Shown piece after piece: positions 26,461 through 35,323 of a stretch of 64,000 nt of DNA. Every line of letters starts with the position of its first letter. Position 1 is the stretch's first letter. The stretch spans positions 1-64,000 of the IMG/VR virus record IMGVR_UViG_3300046003_004989. The stretch is one strand, 5' to 3'. A program made the position numbers and the translations under genes. The notes under the pieces are model-generated. The model searched no databases, was not told the DNA's origin, and saw only the letters and a list, made by a program, of their open reading frames with translations. This DNA comes from a virus.

Positions 26461-27897
26461 TTATTGAATTGCTTCGTATCTTTCAGTGTTAAGTGCTTTT
26501 AACATAATACTTACTGGATTCATTGAGTCACCAGAAAGTACTGCTTTCAAAATAGAAGGTGAGAATCCACTAATTAAAGCAGTATTTTCATCTTTAGATT
26601 GAACTGGGAAGTTGTTATGACGAGAACAAAGATTCCAGAAAACTACTTTTGGTAATTCATAACCTGATTCTTTGTACTTGTTTGCAATCATTTGGATTGC
26701 AGAAGATCTTCCATCGATAGCAGAGTTAAATTCCATATCTGACATAATCAAGATACAAGTTGGCATTTCGTTCGCTGGAACGTTATGTTTTGTTGCTTGA
26801 TCTAATACCATACGGAATGTAGCTTCAAGATCGGTTGACATACCCCAATCTGCTCTTTGCAATTGTTGGTAACGAGCTTTAAGGTCGCCTTTCAAATATT
26901 GCAATTGTGGACGAGATGAGAATGTTACGAATGCATCTTGGAAAGGACCTACATTTCTTTCAGAAATATAAAGACCTAATGAGATACAAACATCCATTGC
27001 AGTTGTCATTCCTGAAACAGCAGTGGACATTGATCCAGAGACATCACATACAGGAAGTACTCGTTCTTTCGAACCTTCCATGAAGTTAGGTAGAGATTTC
27101 CATTGTTCAGATGCCAAAGTTTGGTCACCTCTCTGAATAGTCTTTAAGATATCGTATGGGAATACGGCACCTGCATTTACCTTAGCTTCACCTTTCACTA
27201 AAGATGCTTTGTAAGTTTCGAAACCAGAAGGATCATTCTTAGCGAATGCTTTTGTATAACGAGACATTGCAACTGAAGGAACGTGTTGGTAGTTAATGTT
27301 AGCAAATTCCTTTGCACACATTTTTTGTTCAACTACTTGAGTTTGTTCAACCAACATTTTACGGAAGTCTTTTGGAGTCATTCTCATTGCTACTCTAACT
27401 TTGTTAGCAATAGCTTTTTTATCAGCACCAACTTTTCCACCAGTTCTTGGCATCCACTTAGCAAGTAAGCCATTACCTTCTTGAAGATTTTTCACAATCA
27501 TAGCGATTGCTGCATCTTCTACTGGAGTTCCGAATGTTACGAAAACGTCATCCCAACGACCATATTCGGCAATCAAGTGAATGTTATCAATAACTTCAGA
27601 TGGATAATTAGTTGAAGCATATTTCAACAATGTACGAAAAGCTTCTCTTTCACCGGCTCCACCTCTTACGTCTCTACCCCAGAACATCATCTTACGAGTA
27701 AGTAATGCATCTTCAGCATGAGCATGTTCGAATTTACCGATCAAGCGCTGTTTACCATCTTCTGTTTTCATTTGGTTACGAACTGCTCCCATAATGAAGA
27801 ACAAGTCTAGACAACCATTCAATGAAGAAGAGTTAGTCACCATTCCATTTTCGGTGTAAGTATCACCTGTACGCATTGCATCAATTAGCTTTGTCAT
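26461..27897 (-). CDS. DUF2828-type protein (TROVE/Ro60-like helical domain + vWA MIDAS domain)
   Basis: 'TENG', 'CLDLFF', 'RDVRGGAGER', 'YGRWDD', 'AKWMPR', 'CDVSGSM', 'SDMEFN', 'VFWNL', 'SGFSP'. Confidence 0.88.
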   Translation of the reverse strand: MTKLIDAMRTGDTYTENGMVTNSSSLNGCLDLFFIMGAVRNQMKTEDGKQRLIGKFEHAHAEDALLTRKMMFWGRDVRGGAGEREAFRTLLKYASTNYPSEVIDNIHLIAEYGRWDDVFVTFGTPVEDAAIAMIVKNLQEGNGLLAKWMPRTGGKVGADKKAIANKVRVAMRMTPKDFRKMLVEQTQVVEQKMCAKEFANINYQHVPSVAMSRYTKAFAKNDPSGFETYKASLVKGEAKVNAGAVFPYDILKTIQRGDQTLASEQWKSLPNFMEGSKERVLPVCDVSGSMSTAVSGMTTAMDVCISLGLYISERNVGPFQDAFVTFSSRPQLQYLKGDLKARYQQLQRADWGMSTDLEATFRMVLDQATKHNVPANEMPTCILIMSDMEFNSAIDGRSSAIQMIANKYKESGYELPKVVFWNLCSRHNNFPVQSKDENTALISGFSPSILKAVLSGDSMNPVSIMLKALNTERYEAIQ

Positions 27898-27928
27898 TGT
27901 TTATATTGTTTAAAAGTTGTTAAAAAAA

Positions 27929-27990
27929 TTCAGAGTGTGCTTTGGTCAAAATTAAAAGGTTTGAGTTTGTAAAGTTGCTGTATACACTCT
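27929..27990 (-). ncRNA. UACAGCAA-motif RNA unit 1 (Y-RNA-like candidate)
   Basis: Stem AGAGTGT/ACACTCT, then TACAGCAAC, followed by GAA. Confidence 0.65.
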
Positions 27991-28002
27991 TTGTATTAAA
28001 AG

Positions 28003-28062
28003 TTCAGGTAGAGGTTTTGCTATTTCCAATAATTGCTTTTAGTAAGTTGCTGTATTCTACCT
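28003..28062 (-). ncRNA. UACAGCAA-motif RNA unit 2
   Basis: Stem AGGTAGA/TCTACCT, TACAGCAAC, GAA. Confidence 0.65.
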
Positions 28063-28080
28063 TTAATGTGTTAACAAATT

Positions 28081-28147
28081 TTCAGGGTGACTTTCTGTTT
28101 AATTCAAATTTGGCTGAGTTGTAGAGAAAAGTTGCTGTATGCACCCT
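28081..28147 (-). ncRNA. UACAGCAA-motif RNA unit 3
   Basis: Stem AGGGTG/CACCCT, TACAGCAAC, GAA. Confidence 0.65.
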
Positions 28148-28157
28148 TTAAATAAGT

Positions 28158-28375
28158 TTCAGATTGGCTATTTATATTTTTAGAAGACCTATAGAAACTT
28201 CCATCATGTTTTTTAATTGGTAATGAACCCAATCATCGTGTTTTAAATTGGTAATGAACCAACCGTCATTTGTTTTGAATGTGACGAAACCATTGTATTG
28301 CTTGTGAGAGCCCGAAGGTTTTTACAAGCGTTGCTTATCATAGTTTTTGTATGGTAAGTTTGCTGTACCCAATCT
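28158..28375 (-). ncRNA. UACAGCAA-motif RNA unit 4 (long, multi-hairpin)
   Basis: Stem AGATTGG/CCAATCT, TACAGCAAAC, GAA; internal C(UUCG)G hairpin and duplicated TTGG-(G)TTCATTA-CCAA hairpins. Confidence 0.6.
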
Positions 28376-28415
28376 TTATTATATTTTCAATGAACTGTTT
28401 TGGTTATTGTTTAGA

Positions 28416-28444
28416 TTTTATGTAGCTGAATTTTGAAAGTTTCA
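28416..28444 (-). promoter_or_regulatory. class II promoter driving the RNA array + DUF2828 gene
   Basis: TGAAAC-N16-CATAAAA. Confidence 0.55.
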
Positions 28445-28445
28445 A

Positions 28446-28877
28446 CTAAATAATAATTTTTTCTAAAAAAGTGTAAGTACCGTTATCATACTTGAATATG
28501 ATATAGTATTTAGACTTGTTCCAATTACCTGTTCTTATGCGGTAAAGGTCGTTTTGAACCGATGGTGCATTTGAACTGTAAATGTTATATGCTTTGACTT
28601 CAATGAAGTTTCCTTCTGAATCAATTAAATCGTGATAGATATCAGAAGATAATCTGAAGTCGTAGTTTTCTGTTAACCAAACTTCTAATGTCTTTCCTTG
28701 TCTAACTGCTGATTTGATAGCTTCTAACGTTCTACCTTTTCTTGCTCTATCAGATTCAAATAACCTCTTTGCTTCATGTTCTATTTCTCTTTCTAACAGA
28801 TCTACATTTTTAATGTCAGATGCTGTGAATTTAGCATTATTCATTAAGGAGTGATTGTAAGTATTGAATACGTTCAC
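28446..28877 (-). CDS. possible PD-(D/E)XK nuclease-fold protein
   Basis: 'E..L', 'HDLID...IEVKAY'; ends in TAG. Confidence 0.55.
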   Translation of the reverse strand: MNVFNTYNHSLMNNAKFTASDIKNVDLLEREIEHEAKRLFESDRARKGRTLEAIKSAVRQGKTLEVWLTENYDFRLSSDIYHDLIDSEGNFIEVKAYNIYSSNAPSVQNDLYRIRTGNWNKSKYYIIFKYDNGTYTFLEKIII

Positions 28878-29082
28878 TCACTGCTGAATCAGCTGAAAAT
28901 CTTGATAGCTCTTTAATAGATAGCTCAATTGCTAATCTGCTATAAACTGCTTGTACTTCATCCATTGAGATAGATGTCTTCCAATCACATTCTTCACAAA
29001 TGTTATCTACCCATCTAGCGTAATTTTTCTGTATCTGTTTTCTAGGATTTGTTACTTCCAAATCTCTGTTGGTATCGCTCAT
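28837..29082 (-). CDS. hypothetical protein
   Basis: ORF track. Confidence 0.6.
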   Translation of the reverse strand: MSDTNRDLEVTNPRKQIQKNYARWVDNICEECDWKTSISMDEVQAVYSRLAIELSIKELSRFSADSAVSERIQYLQSLLNE

Positions 29083-29497
29083 AATCGAATAAGGTTTGAC
29101 GGATTCTTTCTCTGCCTGCTGGATTCATAGAATGAACCAAACATTCAGGTAATTCGATAGACACATCAATACAAAACTGAACAAAGAATTTAGCTGAATC
29201 CAATCCAGTTTTTTCTTTGAATTCGATTGCTTTGTTATTGTAAGCATCTACCCCATGATACATAGCTGGATCGTAATGTTCGTCTGCTAAGTCATGGTCA
29301 AATGAAACCAATTCAGGAAATTCACCTTCTGCCCAACGACTAAGAATAGTAGAGACAAATTCGTCATGAGTTCTTGCAACAACCCATTCACGAGTTCCAT
29401 ATCTTGGATCGTGTAAGTATGTTAAGCACTCTCTCGGCTCTCTAATATCGTCTAAAAATAGACTGTAGGTTTTCATATTCATGATGTGATTTTTCAT
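29042..29497 (-). CDS. cyclic-phosphate-processing receiver-domain protein (RNA-repair associated)
   Basis: 'LFLDDIR.P', 'VSFDHDL', 'TG.D.A', 'VHSMNPAG'; ends in TAG. Confidence 0.8.
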   Translation of the reverse strand: MKNHIMNMKTYSLFLDDIREPRECLTYLHDPRYGTREWVVARTHDEFVSTILSRWAEGEFPELVSFDHDLADEHYDPAMYHGVDAYNNKAIEFKEKTGLDSAKFFVQFCIDVSIELPECLVHSMNPAGRERIRQTLFDYERYQQRFGSNKS

Positions 29498-29595
29498 TAT
29501 AAGTTATATGAGGATGGATGTATTTTGATTAATTATCTTCTATCTTTTGTCATTAGATTAACTCTTGGTCTTCTTATTGCATACTGATACAATGC

Positions 29596-30144
29596 TTATA
29601 CCTTTTCATCAAAGAAAACTTCACAGTGATCTTTCGAATAGCAGCCAAGAATACCTCTTGCTTCATTTATATTTTTTGTTCCTAAATAATCGTCACTCGG
29701 CAGACGATAATTAAGAGACATTTTAGAGAAAGCTTTTTCCCAAGCTTTGATTGATGTTTTTACCCAAGAACCGTGTCGAGAAACAATTTCATTATGTTCG
29801 GTATATTCTGCTAAGTGATGCCAAATTTCACCTTTCGTTTTTGTGAATTCTTTTCTCATTCCAGAGATTGCTTTGTCGTATCGCTTATTAAAGTCATCCC
29901 AAAATTTATCAGATTCTTCGTCGGATAAATCTTCAGGCTGATTAGGATGTTTTGGTACAGTATAAGGTTGATAGTGACTCATACCACCGATCAAAAAGAA
30001 TTCTTGTGCAATCTTAGGCATTGCATAAAAACCTTTCGGTGCAGGAGGAGAGTGATAAGTTTTTTGCTCGGATGTATATCCTCTTTGCTTTTTGAGATTC
30101 AACCCACCAAATCTTACGAATACTGTTAATGTCTTTCCTTTCAT
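29596..30144 (-). CDS. hypothetical protein
   Basis: Start moved to ATG 30144. Confidence 0.7.
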   Translation of the reverse strand: MKGKTLTVFVRFGGLNLKKQRGYTSEQKTYHSPPAPKGFYAMPKIAQEFFLIGGMSHYQPYTVPKHPNQPEDLSDEESDKFWDDFNKRYDKAISGMRKEFTKTKGEIWHHLAEYTEHNEIVSRHGSWVKTSIKAWEKAFSKMSLNYRLPSDDYLGTKNINEARGILGCYSKDHCEVFFDEKV

Positions 30145-30145
30145 A

Positions 30146-30445
30146 TTATTTACGCTTAAACCAACGTCTAAAGAAGAATTTGAAAGATCCAAATTCAGGA
30201 TCTTCAACGAATTCGATTACATTTAGTTTGCTTTTTTCTGATTCATTATCAAAATTATAGAATGCTGAAATTAAATCGGATGCCATAATAATACCAATGT
30301 TGTCGTTAGTTTCCAAATTCTTACGGAAGAGTTTTTCAAATTCTTCGTTGGAAATGTGAATGTAATTTTGCAAAGTTTTGATTTTTGGAGATTTCTTTGC
30401 TTGGTTTTTACCTAAAGAAGATGGAACGATGATTGGTACGAACAT
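30146..30445 (-). CDS. hypothetical early protein
   Basis: First gene after a class I cassette. Confidence 0.65.
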   Translation of the reverse strand: MFVPIIVPSSLGKNQAKKSPKIKTLQNYIHISNEEFEKLFRKNLETNDNIGIIMASDLISAFYNFDNESEKSKLNVIEFVEDPEFGSFKFFFRRWFKRK

Positions 30446-30457
30446 AATGTTTTTGTT

Positions 30458-30537
30458 TTAATTTATAAGACAAATATAATACAAAAACTCGACAGTAAAA
30501 ACTGCCGAGTCATTTATTTTCAAAAAGTTATTAACAA
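30458..30537 (-). promoter_or_regulatory. class I promoter/terminator cassette; hairpin also closes the internal-protein operon
   Basis: Box 30527-30537, hairpin identical to the one at ~875-897, -7 element 30471-30478. Confidence 0.75.
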
Positions 30538-30852
30538 TTACGAGTTAATCTGTTCATCAGTAACTTCTCCCGTAGGATGTACTTGAGTTCCGTCTTTTTT
30601 CTCTTTTTGTATTTGATTAACCATGTAACCTGCAACTGCAAATTCAATACCTGCCCAGATAGCAATATCCGAAGAAGTCATTGTATCGATTTTCTTTACG
30701 AGAAATTCTATCATTCCCCACTGAGAAATTGCAAATGCTATACCTGATTCGATACGTTTTTTAGAGAAATAAGAATCTTTGGAAGAGTACATTTTCCCTA
30801 TTTCCGATATGAACCATTTAATGTTAGTCCATCCAAAGAAGTAAGTTTTCAT
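30538..30852 (-). CDS. small membrane protein
   Basis: 'FSKKRIESGIAF', two hydrophobic segments. Confidence 0.7.
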   Translation of the reverse strand: MKTYFFGWTNIKWFISEIGKMYSSKDSYFSKKRIESGIAFAISQWGMIEFLVKKIDTMTSSDIAIWAGIEFAVAGYMVNQIQKEKKDGTQVHPTGEVTDEQINS

Positions 30853-30866
30853 TCATATTGTTTATT

Positions 30867-31967
30867 TTAAAGCGATATTGCAAATGCTCCACCTTGAGTT
30901 CCAGCTGCATTTGAGAAGCTAGGTGGTGCAGTTATTTTAATCACGTTTTTATCGTAGTACGACATAAAGTCATTTGGATTGATAATTAGGAAAATTCCTG
31001 ATGAACTCGTCATCGAGAAATAATCGAATTTTTCAATTGCATAATAATAATCGAAAAAGATTTGCAATAGAGCTCTATTATAACCTTTAACGTCGATACT
31101 TCCGTCTTTATTGATACATTTTACAAAGGCTCCAGAATTAGTTGCTACATCTAAGTTGATTAAGTAAGTAGACCATGCATTAACAAGTTCAGAGGAAACA
31201 TAAACTATATCTCTAGGTTTGAATCCACCAGTTTGAGATGCGATAGCTTTTAAATTCTCTTCTAAACCTCTTGCATCTTTCTTAGTAATATTCCAATACT
31301 TATCATCTCCTGAAGTAACAGTGAAGTTTTTCAGTTTGAAAGATTTTGCTATTCTTTCCATTGTAGATTCGAAAGATTTTCTCATAGACTTAGCATCTCC
31401 ATAACCATGTTGTCCAACTAAACGAGCACCTGAACCTTTAACTTCCAGTTCAGATCCACTAACTACTACGTCACCTTTATCTTTTGTGCCTGGTCGTTTT
31501 CCACCATCAAGTATAGTACTCAAATAAACTTCACCAGGACCCATAGGTGGTGAGGTTCTCCATGAGAAATTAAAGAATTCTAATGAAGTCTTCTTATCAA
31601 TACCTAATGTAGAATTAATAACGTATGAATCAGTAACTTTACCGAGGAATGAATCCAGTTTATTTGTACGATTAGCAAAATAATTAGCTAATATGTTCAT
31701 ATCTGCTCCATGCATTAGAGTATCAAATAAGAAATTTGCTTGTTGTAGAGGATAACCTATATCAGTTAGGAAAGCTATGACTGAACTTTTAGAAGCTGAT
31801 GAACCAGCAATCTTAGTAATTTTGTCCTTTGCTTCACTATCATCCATTTTAATATGACCCACAATTTCTTTTCCGATCTCTACAGGAACAGTTGCACCAG
31901 CTTCATTTAGCCAATTTTGGAATTCTTTAAATTTTAACATTTTGTCTTCGTTTGAATTTGTATTCAT
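30867..31967 (-). CDS. leader-tagged (MLKFKEFQNWLNE) putative internal head protein, PD-(D/E)XK-like
   Basis: 'GPGEVYL...KGDV...LEVKG'; start may be the second Met at 31940. Confidence 0.7.
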   Translation of the reverse strand: MNTNSNEDKMLKFKEFQNWLNEAGATVPVEIGKEIVGHIKMDDSEAKDKITKIAGSSASKSSVIAFLTDIGYPLQQANFLFDTLMHGADMNILANYFANRTNKLDSFLGKVTDSYVINSTLGIDKKTSLEFFNFSWRTSPPMGPGEVYLSTILDGGKRPGTKDKGDVVVSGSELEVKGSGARLVGQHGYGDAKSMRKSFESTMERIAKSFKLKNFTVTSGDDKYWNITKKDARGLEENLKAIASQTGGFKPRDIVYVSSELVNAWSTYLINLDVATNSGAFVKCINKDGSIDVKGYNRALLQIFFDYYYAIEKFDYFSMTSSSGIFLIINPNDFMSYYDKNVIKITAPPSFSNAAGTQGGAFAISL

Positions 31968-33152
31968 TTATGCAAATAAATTAGGGAAGTCTTCTTCAAC
32001 TTCGGTTGGTACTGGAACTTTGGAAGAAACGATGTAAATCTTGAATCTTTGTAGAATTGCATCGAATTTATCCTTGTGAATGAAATTCTTATCTGTAAAA
32101 TGTTTCCAGATGTTTTCGAATGTCATTATATCTGACGGTTGTACATTAGGACCGAATGCAATTTCAGTAACCGCTTCTGGTGTATTCGTAACAAACTTAT
32201 CTTGATCGTGTAGAAGTTTAGCTGTTTTAACTAGACCTTTTGCACCCATAAGAGTTTTTGTTACTTCGAAAATACCTTGACCTAAACGTATAACGAATTG
32301 TTTGTATTCTTGAGTCTCACCTTTATCTGTAAGTTTCGTTGCTTCTTTTTTGCATTCAGAAACAACTGACATGAGAAGTACATTTCTGTACATCCCTTTA
32401 TATTTTGATTCTGCTGCTCTAAAATCAGGTGAGTGATACATGAAAGTTGACCAATCTAGTGAAGATGTCATCATCAAATCAACTTGAGCAATTCCATTAG
32501 ATGCTTTACCTGCAATTGGAACGCCAATAGAAACTTGATTAAATCCAACTGATTTTACTACAGTTATGCCGTTCTTCTTCATTGTTGCTTCAACAAAATC
32601 AAGAACATCAGGGATAGAAATTGAATTTACTCCAGCAATACGATCCATTGAACAAGCAATATCCAAGTCACCTGAAAGCTGATCAGCTAGTTTTTTATTG
32701 AATGAACCGATCGGTTTTGCAGAATCTTTATCTAAACCGATAAGTGGAAGAATCTTCTTTACTACATAATCGAATGTACCTACAGCTTCTTCTTGTGTCA
32801 TAGGACGAGATTCAACTGCATTACCACCCTCATTAACAAATTCTACGGATTCTTCAACGAAATTCTCAACTCGTATAATTGATTTCGGATGATCTTTCAT
32901 TGCATCGTGGTCATGAGGAACTAGGAATTCTTCACCGTCTTTCTTTCTAACATTATTCCAAACTCTTTTCAGGATGAATCCTTTCTTAGTATTGCTAATT
33001 ACACGAGAAACTTCTCCTACATTTGGTCCATCGGCAATATAATCACCTGGAGCAACGTCATCCCAATTAACATTTTGAGTTTTGTATTTGTTACTTGTTC
33101 TGTTGAACTTGTTTTCTAGAACAGTATCAACGAATTGTTTGAATTTTAACAT
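31968..33152 (-). CDS. leader-tagged putative internal protein with Pol-beta-type nucleotidyltransferase domain
   Basis: 'IGS-x10-GDLDIA' plus 'QVDLM'; leader MLKFKQFVDTVLE; internal FVNE-GG. Confidence 0.75.
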   Translation of the reverse strand: MLKFKQFVDTVLENKFNRTSNKYKTQNVNWDDVAPGDYIADGPNVGEVSRVISNTKKGFILKRVWNNVRKKDGEEFLVPHDHDAMKDHPKSIIRVENFVEESVEFVNEGGNAVESRPMTQEEAVGTFDYVVKKILPLIGLDKDSAKPIGSFNKKLADQLSGDLDIACSMDRIAGVNSISIPDVLDFVEATMKKNGITVVKSVGFNQVSIGVPIAGKASNGIAQVDLMMTSSLDWSTFMYHSPDFRAAESKYKGMYRNVLLMSVVSECKKEATKLTDKGETQEYKQFVIRLGQGIFEVTKTLMGAKGLVKTAKLLHDQDKFVTNTPEAVTEIAFGPNVQPSDIMTFENIWKHFTDKNFIHKDKFDAILQRFKIYIVSSKVPVPTEVEEDFPNLFA

Positions 33153-33769
33153 TATTTAATTTGGCTTATGTTAGTTACTTTTTTACCTTTTTTCTCTTCA
33201 TCATCAGCATCTGCAAAGAAAAGTAAACCTGCTTTAATTAATCTATTGTAGATTTCGTCTTTAACGATTCCAAAATCAATTGTGTCTGATGAATTTTCCC
33301 AAGTATCAGCAACGTATTCTGGATCGATCCAACCGTAACCTGATTTGATATTCTTAACCATGTCTGCAAAATCCATCTCAAATGCTTTTACTGCTCCTTC
33401 ATTCACAGACTCTTGAATATTCAACGGCTTCACTTTTGGATTTCTAGATCCTCTATAAACTGCGTTAAGCAATTTCTTATAGTCTTCAGGAGAATAGAAT
33501 TCTTCTTCCAATCCACAATAAACGAATTTAACATCCGAAGTGTTCATTGATTTTCCTGCATCTTTTCCGTGAGATATGAGGTTCGATGTTCTTTGTGTTA
33601 CAATTGCTGATCTTCCATCTTTCGTAAAGAAGATATCAATACCTTGACCTTCATATGCCTTAACAAAAGTTAAAGGTAAATCATGGTTCAGGTTATATGC
33701 AAGTTCTTCACCCCAAGTTATTCTTGCTTCATTGACAAAATCTTCGAAGCTTGGTATGTGTTTGTTCAT
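33152..33769 (-). CDS. leader-tagged putative internal head protein
   Basis: MNKHIPSFEDFVNE; internal IQESVNE. Confidence 0.75.
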   Translation of the reverse strand: MNKHIPSFEDFVNEARITWGEELAYNLNHDLPLTFVKAYEGQGIDIFFTKDGRSAIVTQRTSNLISHGKDAGKSMNTSDVKFVYCGLEEEFYSPEDYKKLLNAVYRGSRNPKVKPLNIQESVNEGAVKAFEMDFADMVKNIKSGYGWIDPEYVADTWENSSDTIDFGIVKDEIYNRLIKAGLLFFADADDEEKKGKKVTNISQIK

Positions 33770-33771
33770 TT

Positions 33772-34446
33772 TTATGATTGTTTGTTTAGTATTTCGAATG
33801 TTCTAGGTTGCTCGTCTAAGTATGCTTTAGTATCAACCCAAACTTGTCCTAAATGCTTCTCGTTTTCCTTATCAGTGATATCATATATCGTTAGTAAGGT
33901 TGTGTTAACTGATTGACCTTCCTTACCTTGCATTTTAAGTTGATAATCATTCAACCAATATTGAGAATTATGAATTCTGTATGTAGGTCTGTCTGGTCTA
34001 TTACCATGAGGCTTAACTATGAAATATTGAAAGTGTGCGAACATTGTTCCACCTTCAAAATCCCAGATTCTTTCCATTGCTTCATCCGTTGTTGCAGATG
34101 TTCTAGGCATAAGCTTCTTAAACAGCTTAGGATCGATAGAATTCTTTTTGTCCAAGACTACAGGTTTGAAATTATTAAATGTAGTTTCATTTAGAACTGA
34201 TTCATTTAGAATTTCTTGAACTCTAGAAATTATCTCGTCTTTCATTCCTTTCTTTGTAGCTTGGAATAAAGCTGGACTATATTTCTTAATTGCTTTTTCT
34301 ATTTGTTCATCAGTGAATTTTCCGTCTTCATCAGCACTAGTATGATTTGGCATAGAATAAGCTAGATCTTTTGCAGCTTTTTCTATTCCAGGATGAGATA
34401 TTTTAGCCTCATTAACGAATGATTCGAATGTAGGTATATTTTTCAT
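33772..34446 (-). CDS. leader-tagged putative internal head protein
   Basis: MKNIPTFESFVNE; internal ILNESVLNE. Confidence 0.75.
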   Translation of the reverse strand: MKNIPTFESFVNEAKISHPGIEKAAKDLAYSMPNHTSADEDGKFTDEQIEKAIKKYSPALFQATKKGMKDEIISRVQEILNESVLNETTFNNFKPVVLDKKNSIDPKLFKKLMPRTSATTDEAMERIWDFEGGTMFAHFQYFIVKPHGNRPDRPTYRIHNSQYWLNDYQLKMQGKEGQSVNTTLLTIYDITDKENEKHLGQVWVDTKAYLDEQPRTFEILNKQS

Positions 34447-35252
34447 TATGATAGATTCTTTTTAAGTTCGTTATAGAATGGATGTACAGACTTAGGAGTC
34501 ATTTCGTCAAATGTTTTCTTATCATCTGCAAGGATTGCTTCACGTACTTTAGTACCTGAAGGACCTCCAGTTTGACGATCATCTACATTTTTTAGAATGA
34601 ATGGTTCAGATACAGGTACGTCCGATTTTTCAGAATTGATGTATTTAATTTGTGGTTCGTAAGCTTTCATACGATCAGAACCAGCACCCATTCCGATTGA
34701 TTCATATCCTTTTTCACGTAGGAATTTAACCATTTGTGGAATTACTGTCTTTCTATCGGATGGATATAAGAAGTAGTCTGCCATAAAGCTAAATTCTTTT
34801 GCAACTGCTTTACCAATCTTTTGAAGTAAAGCATCAGGAAAAGGAGACTTATCAGTTTTAGATAGGATTTGAAGTGGAATAACTTTCACACCGAATTGTT
34901 TTGAAGTTCTTTCTAGAGCTGCAATATGTCCGTTATGAAAAGGTTGGAAACGGCCAGGGAAGATACAAACTCTTTCACCGCTAGCAGCTTCAAACATAAA
35001 TAGACCTGCAGTTTCATTAATGGCACCTTTCTGAATAAACATATTCAAATTGATAGTCATTGTGCTACCACCTTTAATAGGTTTTACTGTAAGTATTGCA
35101 CCATTGTTTTTAACGACTTCGTATCTTGATCCTAGATAGAGGACGATTGAACCTACTTCGATAGCTTCAAATTCCTCGACACTCATCTTTTGACCATAAG
35201 CTTTCTTAAAGCCTTCATTAATAAATTGGTCGAATGCAGGTATGTTTTTCAT
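34446..35252 (-). CDS. leader-tagged protein with HIGH-superfamily cytidylyltransferase-like domain
   Basis: MKNIPAFDQFINE; 'FPGRFQPFHNGH', 'GSDR', 'SGTKVR'. Confidence 0.82.
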   Translation of the reverse strand: MKNIPAFDQFINEGFKKAYGQKMSVEEFEAIEVGSIVLYLGSRYEVVKNNGAILTVKPIKGGSTMTINLNMFIQKGAINETAGLFMFEAASGERVCIFPGRFQPFHNGHIAALERTSKQFGVKVIPLQILSKTDKSPFPDALLQKIGKAVAKEFSFMADYFLYPSDRKTVIPQMVKFLREKGYESIGMGAGSDRMKAYEPQIKYINSEKSDVPVSEPFILKNVDDRQTGGPSGTKVREAILADDKKTFDEMTPKSVHPFYNELKKNLS

Positions 35253-35323
35253 ATTACTTTTTATAAGACAAATATAATCAATTTCTGCTTAACAGAAAAA
35301 CTTTTTGTCAATTATTTTTGATT

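Noticed and set aside
27929-28375. CRISPR array interpretation of the AAGTTGCTGTA repeats
   Set aside because: The identical part is only ~8-11 nt, spacing is irregular, flanks covary as stems rather than being identical, and no cas genes are in the window
29533-29598. In-frame ~20-codon continuation after the TAA of 29596..30144
   Set aside because: Short, no motif, and compatible with chance; cannot support a nonsense mutation or read-through claim
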